This document shows positions 1-15,000 of a stretch of DNA of 64,000 bases, in pieces. The stretch lies in assembly GCF_025526975.1 (NCBI RefSeq), contig NW_026515670.1, positions 1,178,001-1,242,000 on the forward strand. The letters run 5' to 3'. The notes under the pieces are model-generated. The model saw only the letters and a list, made by a program, of their open reading frames with translations, was not told the origin of the DNA and did no database searches. Position 1 is the first letter of the stretch. Every line of letters starts with the position of its first letter. The translations under genes and the position numbers were made by a program. This DNA is from Fimicolochytrium jonesii (taxonomy: Eukaryota).

Positions 1-3000
1 TTCGCGAGGTAGGCCCCAAGTTGATCATCATCGACGGGAGTGCTCCTCGCGCAGCGCTCCAAAAGAATGTCATCGGAAGCGTCCCAATCTTGGATATTGA
101 ATCGAACTTCGTTGACGACATGCGTTCGGCGCTACCTTCCGGCAATCTAAAAGTGTCCGTGGCCGCCAACAATCTGGCCTACATTCTATTGACAAGCGGA
201 TCGACTGGCGTTCCGAAATTAGTGCAAATCGAGCACAAAGCTGCTGTGGAATCCATCCTGTCGCACCATGCCATCGTTTCTCACGACGAAACATCAGTGA
301 TGCTAGCCGTCAGCTCCTACACTTTCGACGTCAGCGTCTTCGATATGTTCTTCCCCCTGTCCACGGGGATTCGCTTGGTATCCTCCTCGAAAGAGTTACT
401 TCTAAGCAATCTCGAGGAGGTCATCAACAGTAACGGTATTACGCTGATGGAAATGACCCCTACGGTGGCTGGGATGCTCAGCCGCCAAGCGGTTCCCGGC
501 ATCAAGCTGCTTCTGACCATTGGGGAAATGCTCACTCGCAAGGTTGTGGATGAATGGGCACCAGGAGGATGTCTCCTGCCTCTCTACGGACCGACGGAGT
601 GCACAATCCATTGCACCTACGCACCCAACTTCTTGCCCGACACGAAGCCCACCGATATTGGCGTGCCTATGGACACCTGTTCAATGTATGTCATGCCGCA
701 GCAACTCGACGAGGCAAAACCAATTTGCCTCGACGCCTTGCCCATTGGTCATGTGGGCGAGCTCTACGTGGGGGGACACCAAATCGCGCGAGGTTATCTT
801 AACCGCCCAGAGGCAAACGCGAAATCATATTTCAACGACCCGTACAGCGGTGGCGGACGGATCTATAGAACTGGCGACTTGGTCCGGATGCTACCAAAGG
901 GCACGCTCGAGATCATTGGGCGTGTCAGTAACGACTCGCAAGTCAAGCTTCGCGGCCAGCGGATTGAATTGCTTGATATCAGCCATCAAGTTCAAAGCGC
1001 GCACGAAAGGATTGAAGACGTGCTAACTGTTGTCGTAGCCGATGAGGAAGGAGCTGGAGGAAAGCTTTTGGTGTCGTACCTCGTTTGCGGGGCAAAGCAT
1101 GGCATGCACACTCTCTTTGAGTATGAAGGACTCAAAGTCTTGCAATCGCCGGTAGTCGAGCAGCTGGTTCAGGAAACCGTCGCCGCGCGCCTTCCTCCAT
1201 ATATGAGACCGAACGCCACGCTTCTGGTCGAAAGTATCCCTAAATCCAGTTCTGGCAAGGCAGATGTCCGACGTTTGAAGGCCGTCTTCTCCGAATACCA
1301 AAAACGACAGATGCGGAAAACCCTCGCATCCGAGACCGAGGCATTGACTAATGCCCTCACATTCGACGATCCTATCGCTGTCATCGTCAGGGATCTTGTC
1401 TGCGAAATCAGCCATACTGCCCCGACATCAGTAAGCCCGGAAACCTCGATCTTCTTCCTTGGCATCGACTCTCTTGCCTCTTTCGCGCTCTGCCGTCGCC
1501 TGAGGGCTCAAGGACTGAGCATCTCTATGTCCCAAATATTGAAGAATCCCACGATTGGCGGCATCGCGGCCGGCGTTCAAAAGGTCGCTGCCGCTCACAC
1601 GACGGACCCGGCGGCCGACAGCTTCAGGCAGCTGTTTACCGAGCAATTGGCTGGCATCAATCGTATTGGGATTGCGGAGGCGTTGAAGACCGATGCTTCA
1701 TCGATTGAAGACACCTATCCAGTCACCCCAGTCCAAGAAGGGCTTTTGACAGAAGCGTTGGCTGACCCAACTGGAAGGGCATTTTACGATCTCATCGTCA
1801 TTCGCGCCACACAGCCTGAAGCTACGAATCAACTAAAGGAGGCATGGCACGATATTGTCTCCGCGCATCCCATCCTACGCACTGGTTTCGTAGAGGTACC
1901 GCGATCACTCGAGGCTCCGTGGAAGCTCCTGCAGCTTGTCTGGACGTCAGAACAATGCGCAGCTTCTTTCAGCGAAGTAGCCATCGACTCTGAGGATGCG
2001 CTTGATATCATTACCCAAGAACTCCAAGAGAGTTTGACGCTGACTCTGGACAATTTGCACATTCCGCCGGTCCATATGAGGCACGTTCGGGTCACTTCCA
2101 ACGGCGCATCTTGGCTCCTGTTGAAAATTCATCACGCCGTTTACGATGGGTGGAGTGTACCGTTGCTCTTACGCGAGCTGAAAGGTTTGTCGTACCACTG
2201 TTCATCTGTTCAGGACCGTTCAACTGATCTTCGACATAGAGCACATCGATGGCACCTTTCAGATTTTACCTAGCCCGTCGTTTCGGGAATACGTCGAGCA
2301 TACTATGCGTGACCATCATATGCACAAAGAGAAAGCATCGCAGTTTTGGCGCTCCTATCTGCAAGAATTGCCAATCTTGCAAGAATTCCCCTGTCTTGTG
2401 AGCGGAGTCGGCGAGCATCCGACCGTCACGGTAGCGATGACATCCCGAACTACGTCCGTGAAGAGTTCCACAGTCGAGAGGTTCTGCCACACAACAAGCA
2501 TCACCCAACAAACCGTGTTCTTCGCGATATGGGCAAAGCTCTTGAGCCTTTATAAAGGGCAATTAGACGTTACCTTCGGAACCACTCTCGCGGGACGAGC
2601 ATCTAACTTGGACAACATCGAGAACCTCCTTGGGCCTTGCGTTCAGATGGCCGTCATCAGGGCCGACGCTTCTGCCGATGATCAAACGCTCCTGCGGACT
2701 ATACAACGAGCGTCCGCGGACGTCCTGGAGAACAGCTTCATCTCTCTTGGCGAAATCGGGAGGTCGCTTGAACGCAGGGAGGATACGAAGAAGCTTTTTG
2801 ATACCTTTTGTGTGTTGCAAAAATACGAAGAACACGTCGATGCCGGTTGTGAACGGTTCGAAGTTGCGGAGACGAAGGACTTCGTTGCGGTATGCATGCA
2901 TTGTCCTTGTCCTTCATGTTGGACGGGATTACTGACGCACAAACGCTTCCTCAGCACAAAGTCACGATCGAGATCGAAACTAAAGATGGTTTCGTTGCTT

Positions 3001-6000
3001 TGCGGTGTCGCTACAACACCGGCGTGCTCCGGCCTGCCCATGCCGCAAGTCTGCTCGAGGAGTACGAAGACTTGTTGATGAAACTGATCAATGGTCAGCA
3101 ACATACGCCTGCGCCGACCACTCTTTCGACCTTCCCTGCCCAATGTGTCGTGCTGCCTCTGGATGACGCGACAACTCTCCCCCTTCCACTTGGGTGCGCT
3201 GGGGAGCTGTGCGTGAAGACCAGCTTAGTTGGAGACAATATCTCCGATGCACTTTTCCGTACCGGAAACGTGGTGCGAATGCTTCCAGATGGAGAGCTGC
3301 TGCATCTGGGTGTCCGCAACAGGGATCCTAGCGTATCGGAATCACCGTTTGCCAGTAAACCCAGCGGTCCAGCGATCGAGCAGAGCGTTGAATCGGAGCT
3401 GATGTCACTGCTGGCGGAATTCTCGCGTGTGTCGATTGCCGACATCAGCAGGTCAACCTCTATCTTTCAACTGGGATTTGATTCGTTGCTTGCAGTGCAG
3501 TTTTCAGCCAGGCTCAAGAAGGAGATGGGGATTCAGTTAAGCATGTCTGATATATTGGCTTGCGGTTCTGTGGAGAAAATGTCAGAACGTCTGATGAAGC
3601 GCGTGGATGCGAGCGTCCCCATCACCCTAGGATGCGATCTCATCCTCACTTTCGACCGAACCTACCGAAAGGCAATCTTAGACCATCTCGGAGTACCTTC
3701 GGCCTCCGTATCGATGATATATCCGTGCACGCCGATGCAGGAAACCATGTTGGCAGCGACTGCTAGGGGAGAACAAACCTACTTGAATCACTGGTTTTTC
3801 AAGATCGATCCAATTGTCGACGTGGAGAGATTGCATAAGGCTTGGAAGGAAGTCGTGACTGCTACTGACGCTCTGCGAACAAGCTTTGTTCAACTTGGCG
3901 AGATCTTGGACGGCGAAGTCACCGATCATTCCGTTGCTCAAGTCGTTTGGAGCGAGCCTGAGTTTAGATGGGAGAGTCTGTCCCTGACCGGAAAGCTTGA
4001 CGTAAGTTCGAGTTCGAGCTATGCGACAACAAAAAAGAGTCAACTCCTTATACAAAATGTCGTCTTAGGCTGTGTCCATGGCAGCGGACGCCAAAGCGGA
4101 ACTGAACTCGTCAGTCCCGCCATTGTACTTCAAGCACATCACCTCGGAAGTCGGACAATACCTCATGGTCACCATACACCACGCTCTGTACGATGCTCGC
4201 TCGTGGCAGCTGATCGTGACCCATGTGCAGCGGTCGATCGCGGGAAATGACTTGCCTATCTATAAGCAGTTTTCGTGGGCTGTGCCCAAGATCCTGCAGA
4301 GAAGCGCGCAAAATGAAGAAGCATCTCGAGTGTTCTGGGAACGCCTTTTCGACGGGTTCGAACCAACCACGTTCCCTGATCTGTCAGGAACTTCTGTAAA
4401 ATCTCCGGGCCGACATGCGGTGATACGTGAACTCACCGCGAGTGATTCGGCGCATATAATACAAAAGTGTCGCGGTGAGCATTTTTGATCTGAGACGAAA
4501 ACATGCCAAGTGAACTTAATTCATCAGAAACACTTCAAAACAGATATCGGGATCACGCTTCCTGTCCTTGGAATGGCCGCCTGGGGTCTCTTATTGCAAG
4601 CATACACGGGACAATCCGAAGTTGCTTTTGGCGTCGTGCTGTCGGGGCGGTCCGATGGCTTGGATACATGCACGGGCCCATGCATCAACACATTGCCGTT
4701 CAGGATGGGCAAGGGAGCTTCTGGGACGAGCAATGAGGTCTTCCTGCAATCCTTGTTGCAGGCCTACACGAACCTTCTAGAACATCAGTTCACGCCCTTA
4801 CCCAAGGTCAATACGTTGGCCAGCGCCTCACGACCTTTGTGTGACACGCTGTTCGTATTCGACAAAGTTGAACCAACAAAGGAAGATGACGTGATCCGAG
4901 TCGAGACGGTTGTCGCACCAACAGAGGTGAGGAGTGCACTTGAACATGGGTATGGCCGCCGTTTACTGAATACCCTGTTTCAAGGCCTCTATTGCTGTAG
5001 AATTTCTTTGTGGCAAGGATGGTCTCTCTATCGAGATTGATTACGGGACAGCTCTATGCTCCGAATCGCAAGCCGTCATACTGGCTGGCCAATTTGAGGA
5101 AACACTTTTGAACCTGGTCAAGCCGAATGCGTTGACGAATGAATGGCATATGTCATCACCTTTACTTTCCATTGCTCGTCGAACGCAAACTTCCACCGTA
5201 TCTTTGCTTGAAGAGCGATTGATGCATGATTACGTTTCTGAACACGCGGAGCATCGACCAACTGCAATTGCGCTCGAGTTCGCTGCACAACTGATTGAAG
5301 GAAACCACTTCAACGAGAAAATTTCGTACGCAGACCTCAACAACCGGGCCAATCAGATAGCACATCTGATTCGCAGCAAAGGACTTGAGCTAGAGGATCG
5401 AATTGTTGTTTGTTTGCCGCGTTCGCCCCTCTTCTATGCGACCATGCTGGGTGTTCTCAAGGTTGGCGGCGTTTATGTTCCGATTGACCCAGATATGCCC
5501 TCGGAGAGGAAAGCATATATCGCTCGGGACACCGAAGCTCCACTGATTCTGACCACTCTCGACCTGAGTGGCCAATTTGATCAGATCACCGACGCTCAAA
5601 TTATAGCACTGGACACTCCCTTGGTAACAGCGGCACTGAAGTCCTTGCCAGGCTCGAATGTCGGCTTACAGGAACTCCGGTCATCTCACCTCGCTTATTG
5701 TGCGTACACTTCGGGCACAACGGGGAAGCCATCGGGGGTTCTAGTTACCCACAGCAACGTCTTTCATGCTCTCACGGCTTTCCGGGAAAAGATTACCTCT
5801 CTGACACCCACGTCACGTTTCATGCAACTGGCGTCCGTTACCTTCGATGTCTCAATCTTTGAAACCTTCCTACCTTGGAGTGTCGGAGCCACCGTCGTAA
5901 CCGCGCCAAGGGAAGCCATTCTTGCGGATGTCACTCAAGCAATCTGCATTCTGCGAGTGACCCACGCCGATCTCACTTCGACGGTGGCATCGTACGTGAA

Positions 6001-9000
6001 AAGCAAGGACGTGCCTCAATTGCAAACCCTGGTGACGGGCGGTGAGAAGCTTTCTCCCGAGGTCCTGGCGGATTGGGGCCCGACTGGGAAGCTCGCAAAC
6101 GCATATGGTCCAACAGAAACCACTATCGGCGTTTCCATGTTGTTTCCGGTCACGACTTCAAGTAAACCAATCAATATCGGACCCCCTCTCCCCGGCGTGG
6201 ATGTTTTCGTTTTGTCGATAAACGAGAATCCTACCCTCGTGCCCCGAGGCGGTATAGGTGAACTCTGCATCGGCGGTCCATTTGTTACACGCGGCTATCT
6301 GAACAAGGAATTGCAGACGGCCGACAAATATATCTCATGGTTGAATCCTGTTGAGAGGAGCGGAAAGGCGGAAAGGCTATACCGCACGGGCGACCTCGCA
6401 CGCCTCTTACCCGACGACTCCCTCGAGTATTTGGGTCGCACAGATCAGCAAGTCAAAATCAATGGACAACGAGTAGAACTCGCCGAGATTGACGCGGTCA
6501 TTTTGCAAGCGCATTTCGATCTGTCTGCCTCATGCAGCATTCTTTTCGATGATAAAATCCGTAATTTGAAAGAGTTGGTGACATTTATAGTTAGCGGCAA
6601 TACCGACAACGGCGAGACGGTTGCCTTACCCCTATCGGAGAAGTTTCAAACGCTTTCTACTGACCTTCGCATATTCGTTCGACAAAGACTTCCCGCTTAT
6701 ATGGTTCCGAGACGCTTCATTTTCGTGAACAAGCTTCCTGTAACGAGCAATGGCAAGCTCGATGTGAAGCTTCTTGAAAACTTTTGCGGATCTAAGCAGC
6801 ATCGGGAGATCGGCATTGACCGGCAAATGTCTAGCTTGGAGAAGAAAATTGCGGCCATCGTCGCAGCCGTCATGAAAATCGAACCGAAAACGATTACGGC
6901 GTCCACAACATTACTGGAAGTCGGAATCGATAGCTTGAAAGCCATGCTCGTCTCCTCGCGTCTCCGCCGCGACGGAATTGAGCTTTCAGTATCCGTCCTC
7001 CTCCAAGATTTGAGCATTGCTGATCTGGCAATCTTTCATGAAGAATCGGAGGCCAAGTTCGAGCTGGCCGGCCTTATATCCGTTGGCAAGGCAAAGCTTG
7101 CCGCATACCAAGACCGACATTATCTTGCAGTGGCGAAATCAGTCAACGATCCAGCCGATATAGGGGAGTTGCTACCTTTGCTTCCGATGCAAGCAGCTCT
7201 GATTGCCCAGACTTCTCAGAGCGACGCCGCGGTATATCTGAACCACTTTGTTTTCGAGCTCCCGCCTGACACAGATTTTGGCGCCTTAAGAGCCGCCTGG
7301 GTCGAGGCAGGCTATCGCACTCCAATTCTCCGAACCGGCTTCGTGAACGATTCTGCCGTTGTGTATAAAACTACACATTTCGACTTCTGCTCGGTGGAAG
7401 AGCTGCACCCTGACGTATCGTTGGGCGAAGCGATCCAACATTGGAAGGCCGAATTAAGGGACTGCCTCAAGGGCGGTGTTCCTCCCATCAAAGTGGCGCT
7501 GATAAAGGAGAGCAACGTCTCGAAAATGATCTTAGTCATTCATCACGCATTGTATGACGGTTGGAGCCTAAGGTTCCTGTTGGCTGACGTCCAGCGACTA
7601 TGCCGCCGCGAGAGCATACGACAGAGACCACCGTTTGCGAAATTCTGTGAATTCTTCTGCGGCATAGACCTCAGTTCCGCTCTCGCGTATTGGACGGCAG
7701 AGCTCCAAGATATTTCGCCTGCGTTCTTCCCATCGATCGGCGGGAAAAGGCTGGTCGGACCGGATCATGGAACCCAGCGCCGTTCACTACTACCCGTCTG
7801 GATGTTGAATGACTTTTGCAAGAGACATAGAGTCACGCCCGCCGCTCTCGGGCAGTTGGTCTGGGGAAAGCTGCTCGGGTATTACACTCGTAGTCACGAT
7901 GTGGTGTTCGGAAATGTGGTTTCGGGCCGCAACATCCCCCTTGATGGGATAGAAGACGTGATCGGGCCGACTTTCAATACCATTCCTTGCCGTGTGCGAC
8001 TTCCCTTCGGCCAGAGCAACAATACCGTAATGCAACAGCTGCAAAAGAACAACGCTATGGCCACTCCTCATCAGTTTTGTCCCATTAGAGACATTCAGAA
8101 GGCGCTGGCTGGCCAAACTGACGGAATGGCTTTATTTAACACCCTCTTTGTGTTCCAGAACGGGCAGACGGAAAAGTTGGCTGCCGAGGATCACCTTTGG
8201 GACGAGATCCAGTCTCTTGCGGCCATGGACGTAAGTTAACCGTGTAGCTCCCTTTATCAACGCCAACGTTGTTGACGGCGACGACTTTTCAGTACTCAGT
8301 TTCCATAGAGATGGAGATCGACGGAGATAGCCTATGCCTGCGAGTAGGAGCCCGTGGAGATTCAATGGAAGAAGGCTACGCGGACACGCTTTTACAGCAA
8401 TTGGACGCTATTTTACTGGACGTTGTCCGTGCTCCTCAAGCTGATGTGCAGAAATGCCACTTTCCCCCTGAGCTGCTGTCCCTTGCGAATAGTCCCCCGA
8501 CCGTCTACCCTACGACAGACTTGCTTCATTCTCAATTCGAATCGTACGCCGCGTATACGCCAAACGTCGCTGCCGTGGAGTGGGTTCTCCGCGAGAATGG
8601 AGCTGAAACCGTGAATCTCAGCTTCGGGGACATGAACCGCGAAGCTAACCGAGTAGCGCACGCCTTGTTGGGAATGGGAGCTACACGGAGAGTCATACCG
8701 GTTTTAATGGATAAATCCTTGCGAATGTATTCCACGGTTCTCGGGATATTGAAGGCCGGCGGGGCTTTCACTCCAATTGATCCGACCCTCCCGCAAGCGA
8801 TTCGGATGCATATGTTGCAAGATTCCGATGGTCCGATTGTGTGCACCAACGCGAAATACTTGGAAGAGCTAGGTAGGCTCAATTGGGGAGGATGTATGCC
8901 AGAAGCTTCCTCACACGTTGATCATATCCCTCAGATTCGATTTCCGGAGTTGCTCTCAACATGGACGATACGAAGATCTTCGATGGTTTTCCGGACACAA

Positions 9001-12000
9001 ACCCTTCAGGGGTGCCGGTGACCAGCTCTGATCGGGCCTATGTCTTGTACACTTCCGGTACTACAAGCTTGCCAAAAGGCGTTCAAATCCAGCACGCTAG
9101 TGTCGTTCAAAGCATCCGGTCTTTCTGCGAGTGTATTCCATTTCCTGAGAACTCTCGGAACCTTCAACTCGCCGGTGTATCGTTTGACGTGGCGTGGTGT
9201 GAGTTGTTTTGTGCGTGGTTCAGAGGATTCACGCTCGTTTCCGGTCCCAAGGACGTGCTTCTACGGAACCTTCCTGGAACCGCGTCGGCTCTTCGGATTA
9301 CGCACTTGTCGATGACCCCCTCCATCGCAAGCATGTTCAAGCGCGAATGGTTCCCTACCCTCCGCGTCCTGATACTGGGAGGAGAGATGCTGACTCAGGC
9401 AGTACTTGACGAGTGGGCTGGCCGCGATGATGTCCTGCTTTTCAATGCATACGGGCCTAGGTATGCATGTGAAGCAATCACGCACTTGGTTCGCACAATC
9501 CTAATGAGAATTTGACAGTGAGAGTACCATCGGGTGCGTAATGCACACGCGTGTTCAGAAATCCACCAAGCCCAGCAACATCGGTTTTCCACTACCGACA
9601 TGCTCCATTTTCGTTGTGGATGAGCAGTTACGATTCGTGCCGAAGGGTGTTGTGGGCGAGTTGGTGGTTGGCGGTCCACAAGTTGGGAAAGGTTATGCGA
9701 ATCGACCTGAGCTTACGGCAGAAAAGTTCATCACGCTCAGGCTCCCACAGGGCGACCGGGTTAGGGCGTACTTAACTGGGGATCTTGGACGGTTGCTTCC
9801 CGATGGTTGCATTGAGTTTTTGGGACGCGCCGACGAGCAAATAAAGCTGAACGGAATTCGTATCGAGCTGGCGGGAATCAACACGGTTTTGCTGGCCGCC
9901 CATCCGGCTATCTGCGACGTCGTCACTATTGCCACGCGGCGCCAAGAACACAACAAGGATCAAATTGTTAGCTTTGTCACTTTGGACGAATCTTCTCACC
10001 AAGCTTCGAGTGCACTGGTACCTTTAGCGTCATCAGCTCCTGCAGTACATCAAGCGATGACAGCTGCGTCTCTAGGACTACCTCATTACATGATTCCGAG
10101 TCACGTCTTCCACATCGCGTCACTTCCAACCACTCCTAACCATAAAGTGGACAAACGGGAGCTCATCAGGCTTTACCAATCGGTGGATCTAGACTCTGGA
10201 GACACGGTGGAGGAAGCGGGGGAATGGACCCCGTTGGAGAAGTCGATACATCAATTGGTTGCGTCAGTGGCGAAAATTGCCCCCGATACGTTGGGCAAAT
10301 CGACATCCTTCTTCCGCGTGGGAATCGACTCACTTACCGCAATACAAATCGCATCCAAAGCTTTGGAGAATGGATGGGATATTCCGGTTTCGGAGATAAT
10401 GCGCCATCCGTCTGTGGATCGCATCGCCAGACTTATCGAGAACCAACAAATTGGCGAAGACATTAGCGAGAACAAAAGTGAGGCCTTCAACGTTCGCGCG
10501 CGGGAGTTGGCGGAGAAGGTTAAATCTATGGAGGTGACACCGCGGGCGGGCATTCCGAAAGTTTACCCATGCACTCCTCTGCAGGAGGGCATGCTTTTGG
10601 AAACATTGAAAAGCAGCGGGCGGTACATCAATCACATGATCTTGCGTATAGAGAGTTGGATTGACATGGAGCGATTCAAACACGCATGGTCGATGGTTAT
10701 TGCCAAGAACGACATCCTTCGCACAAGCTTTTCCCAGACCGATTCCTTCGTGGCTTTTGCTCAAGTTGTTCATGATCGATTCGATTGCAAATGGACACAT
10801 ATCGAAGTGGCCGCCAATGAAGAACTGGATACGGCCATCCGGGTGCAGATGGAACGCGTTACTGAGAAACATAAGAAGCTCGTCGGGATTCCAATCGCCT
10901 TCGCATTGGTCGAGAGTCCAGAAGAACGGCGAGTTGTGGTCTCCATGCATCACGCACTTTACGATGGATTCAGCTTGCCTCTGATCTTCCGAGACGTTAT
11001 CGATGCTTATGAAGGTCGTGATCCTGCTATCCGTCCCCAATTCGAGCACCTGGTGCGATACATCGATGGACTTGATGGACAGATCAGTGAAAAATACTGG
11101 AATCTCGCCCTACAGGACTGCCTACCTTCAATTTTTCCTGAAGATCTGTCCGGAGAGTTTGTTACTCGGCGGGAGAAGGTGGAACAAACCATCGAATGCA
11201 GCATAAGCAGGCAGGAAGTAGACGATGTGTGCCAGCAACTAGGTGTAGCTTTCCAAGCAGTTGCACAAGCCGCTTGGGGGAAGATCCTCCGTGCATACAT
11301 CGGAAATGACGACGTGGTGGTGAGCACAATGTGTCACATTATTGGGCGTCATGATTATGATCTGATCAAACCTATTTTGTCATTGATCTTAGTTCGGACA
11401 CGTCGTCTCCGGCAGAACAGTTCCCATGAAGAATGCGACAAACATCATCGGCCCGTTTCTGAACACCATTCCCTGTCGCGTGACCTTTGACAGCAGTCAG
11501 ACCAATGGAGATGTGGTTCGCCGGGTGCACGCGAATAATATCGCCGTTTTGCCTCATCAACACACACCGCTCCGTTCGATTCAAAAGTGGATTGAGAATC
11601 GAGCGGCCGGAGGGAGACAGCTTTTTGATACATTGTTCGTGTTTCAAAAACATCAAGGTGGGCACTCTGAGGGAAGCGGATGGGAATTGATGGACGGCGG
11701 GAAGGCGGATGTGGAGGTGCGTTTCTTTCCTTTCCGTCTCGGCGGTAAAATGGGCGGGCATCTGCGCTAATCATCAGTACAATCATTAGTACGCTTTGAG
11801 CCTGGAAGTAGAGCAGCAGCAGGATGTGTACAGCTTTTACGCAGCCTGCCCGGCCTCTATCATGTCGAGTGACCCTCTGCGCATTTTACTTCAACAACTC
11901 GATGAAGCTATCGTCTATATTTTGCGCCATCCCGACTCGCCATGCACTCTGCTTACACAAGTCTTCAACGAGAAGCTGCTCTCCGTTCACAATGCTGGGA

Positions 12001-15000
12001 TAGGAGTTTCCGAGTACCCCGGACTTGAGTACATGCATAGGGGTGTGGAGTTCTTTGCCCGCGAGACGCCTGATCACCCCGCTCTAGAGTTTGCGACCTT
12101 CGGGGACGTCATTATCAACGAACGCCTGTCTTATGCTGAGCTAAACAGCCACGCAAACTGGGTCGCATACAGCCTCATTCGCTCCGGGGTCGCGCCAGGG
12201 TCGTTGGTGCCAATATGCGTTGAAAAATCTGTGTGGATGTACGTTGCCGTTCTCGGTGTTCTGAAAGCATCCTGCAGCTTTGTAAGCCTGGACCCCGACG
12301 CGCCGGTTGATCGGAAAAAGTTCATCATCAATGATGTTGAGGCTTCACACGTTGTGGTTTCGCGTGCACAGGCACAGCTATGGGCATCGGAGTGTGCGGT
12401 GAAGGTCTTGGTGGTCGATGCGAGCTCGCTGTCCCGGTTGACCCAATCGACATCAAATCCCGACGTGCGAATCCCAGTTTCGCAGTCTGCCTACATGATC
12501 TACACTTCCGGGACTTCGGGCACCCCAAAGGGGGTTGAGATATCTCACGAAAATGTTGCTCACGCCTTGGGCAGCTTCCGAGAGCTTCTTCCAGTATCAC
12601 GTGAAACGCGATTCCTGCAATTTGCGACGATTGCATTCGATGTTTTTGTCTTCGAATGTTTCTTGTCGTGGAGCGCCGGCGCCACTGTTGTGACAAGTTC
12701 GAAGGAATGTCTGCTAGCGGACCTTCCAGGCGCCATTCGGAGGCTACGCGCAACGGCCGCGGATTTGACTCCAACCGTGGCTGCGATGATTAGTAGGAAG
12801 GATGTTCCTTCTCTATCGCTGCTCGTGTGCGGGGGGGAGGCTTTGACGCAGCATGTCCTGGACGAGTTTAGCGGACAAGATGGATTGATGCTCGTCAACG
12901 CTTACGGGCCCACGGAGCTGACCATTGGATGCACATTACTCCGGCCAGTAACGAAGAGCATTAGGCCAAACAACATCGGTCAACTGTTCCCGACATGTTC
13001 TGGATATGTCCTATCTGAAGATGGCGCCATAGCCGTGCGAGGGGGCATTGGAGAACTGTGCGTTGGTGGACCGCAAGTTGCACCGAATGGATACCACAAT
13101 CGGCCTGAACTGACCGAGGAAAGGTTTACCTTGGCACCGATCACGAAAGAGGGGATCTACAAGACCGGAGATTACGTGAAAATGCTGCACGACGGTTCTA
13201 TCCTTTTCTTGGGGAGGCGGGATGATCAGCACAAGCTCAACGGCATTCGTGTTGAGCTGGGGGAGGTTACCGCTTGGGCAAAGAAGTCGCACGATGCAAT
13301 ACAAGACGGAATCACGCTTTTACTTCGCCATCCTCGACAGATGCGTGATCAGATTGTTTTCTTCGCCGCCTGCGATGTCGGAAAGATTGGGGATGCTGCC
13401 GACGCTGACCTATTGATAAGGTCTGATTCGGCAATCGTGAAGACAATCGTGAAAGACATTCTGCGGACGGCGAGGGAAAAATTACCTGCGTATTTAGTGC
13501 CTTCAACTGTTTTGCTCTTGAAGCGCGTTCCACGAGGCCGAACAGAGAAGGCTGACACGAAAGAACTCTCTCGACTGTACTGCTCTCTCGATTTGGCAGA
13601 CATCGCTGTGAATTCAGACGGAAGCACGGTAGACGGAGACGACGTCTGGACACCCACGGAACGGATCATCCAGGACGCGATCATATCTTTGACAAACTTG
13701 AACGCCGACGAAGTTTTCAGGACCGTAACCATATTCTCGATGGGTTTGGACTCTATCGCAGCGATTATGCTTTCCTGTAAATTGAAGGAAGCAAATCTGG
13801 ATCTCACTGTGGCCGATATACTGCAGAATCCGACCATCGAACTGATGGCGATCATTCAAGGCAAGAAGCAGGAAACCAAGAGTGGAAGTCTTGCGCGGAG
13901 ATCGTGGCGAGATTCCTCAGTTGCACGGTCCTTGAACGATCCGAGCATCAGGAATCAGGTGGCGGAACTGCTGTCTATTGCCCCAAAAGACATTGCGGAA
14001 GTGCTGCCAGCTACTCCCGGCCAAATCTTTGTGATGTCGGCTTGGCTGTCATCTTCAAAGCGGTCCTATGTGGCTTGCTTCCCGTTTATCATCTTGAACA
14101 AGAAGGAGGAGCCCACCCGGTTTTGCCCTGATCGCTTTCAGCGCGCTTGGAGAGCCTTGACCTTCCGTCATTCAATCCTGCGGACTACGTTCGTATCCTG
14201 TCCCAGCGATCGAGGGTTTAGCGCGGATTTCCCTCTTTTGCAAGTCATCCTGGACAAGACGCTACCAGCTGCGTGGAGGAATGACAAACTCGCCGAAGTC
14301 TCCCTAAGTGCCGAATCGGTGGCCACCCTGTTGGAAGTCGAGACGCGTCAACCTTTAGATCTCACGTCCCCTCCCGTGGTCGGCCGGCTTGTGGAGTATG
14401 AAAACGGCGGTTGTTTCTTCTTGACGATGCATCACGCTCTGTATGATGCTTGGTCGTTGCGCGTCCTCAGAGAGGAGTTAGCAGCTCTTTATCATACGAT
14501 CGACTCGAGCGCACCTACCCCTGAGCTGAACAATGCCTCCTTGGACTTCGTTCATTACTGCGCAGAGCAACTGTTCTCAGGTGTGACGGAGCTGGATACG
14601 AGGGGGGTCAGTCACGAGGAGTTCTGGCGAGAATCTTTGAAAGGTTCGCAAACAACGATATTCCCGAGATCGAATCCGATGTTGCCAGCAGAAAGCACAG
14701 ACGGTGTCAGACGGACCGCCATCCTCATCGAGAACGCCGTAAAGAACGCCTCGATGTGCGAAGATGCCTGTCGCAAGCTTGGCATATCGCTGCACTCCGT
14801 TTTCCTAGCGGCGTGGGCCAAAACCTCTTTCCGCGCAACCAATACGGCCAATCCCATCTTTGGGATTTTCAACTCGGGCCGATCGGCTCCTATCCCCGGC
14901 ATCCAGCACTTCGCAGACCCCACGTTCAACGTGGTTCCCGTAGCGCCAAAGGCATGCGACACAACCAGGCTGATTGACCTCGCGAAGCAAATGCATCAAG

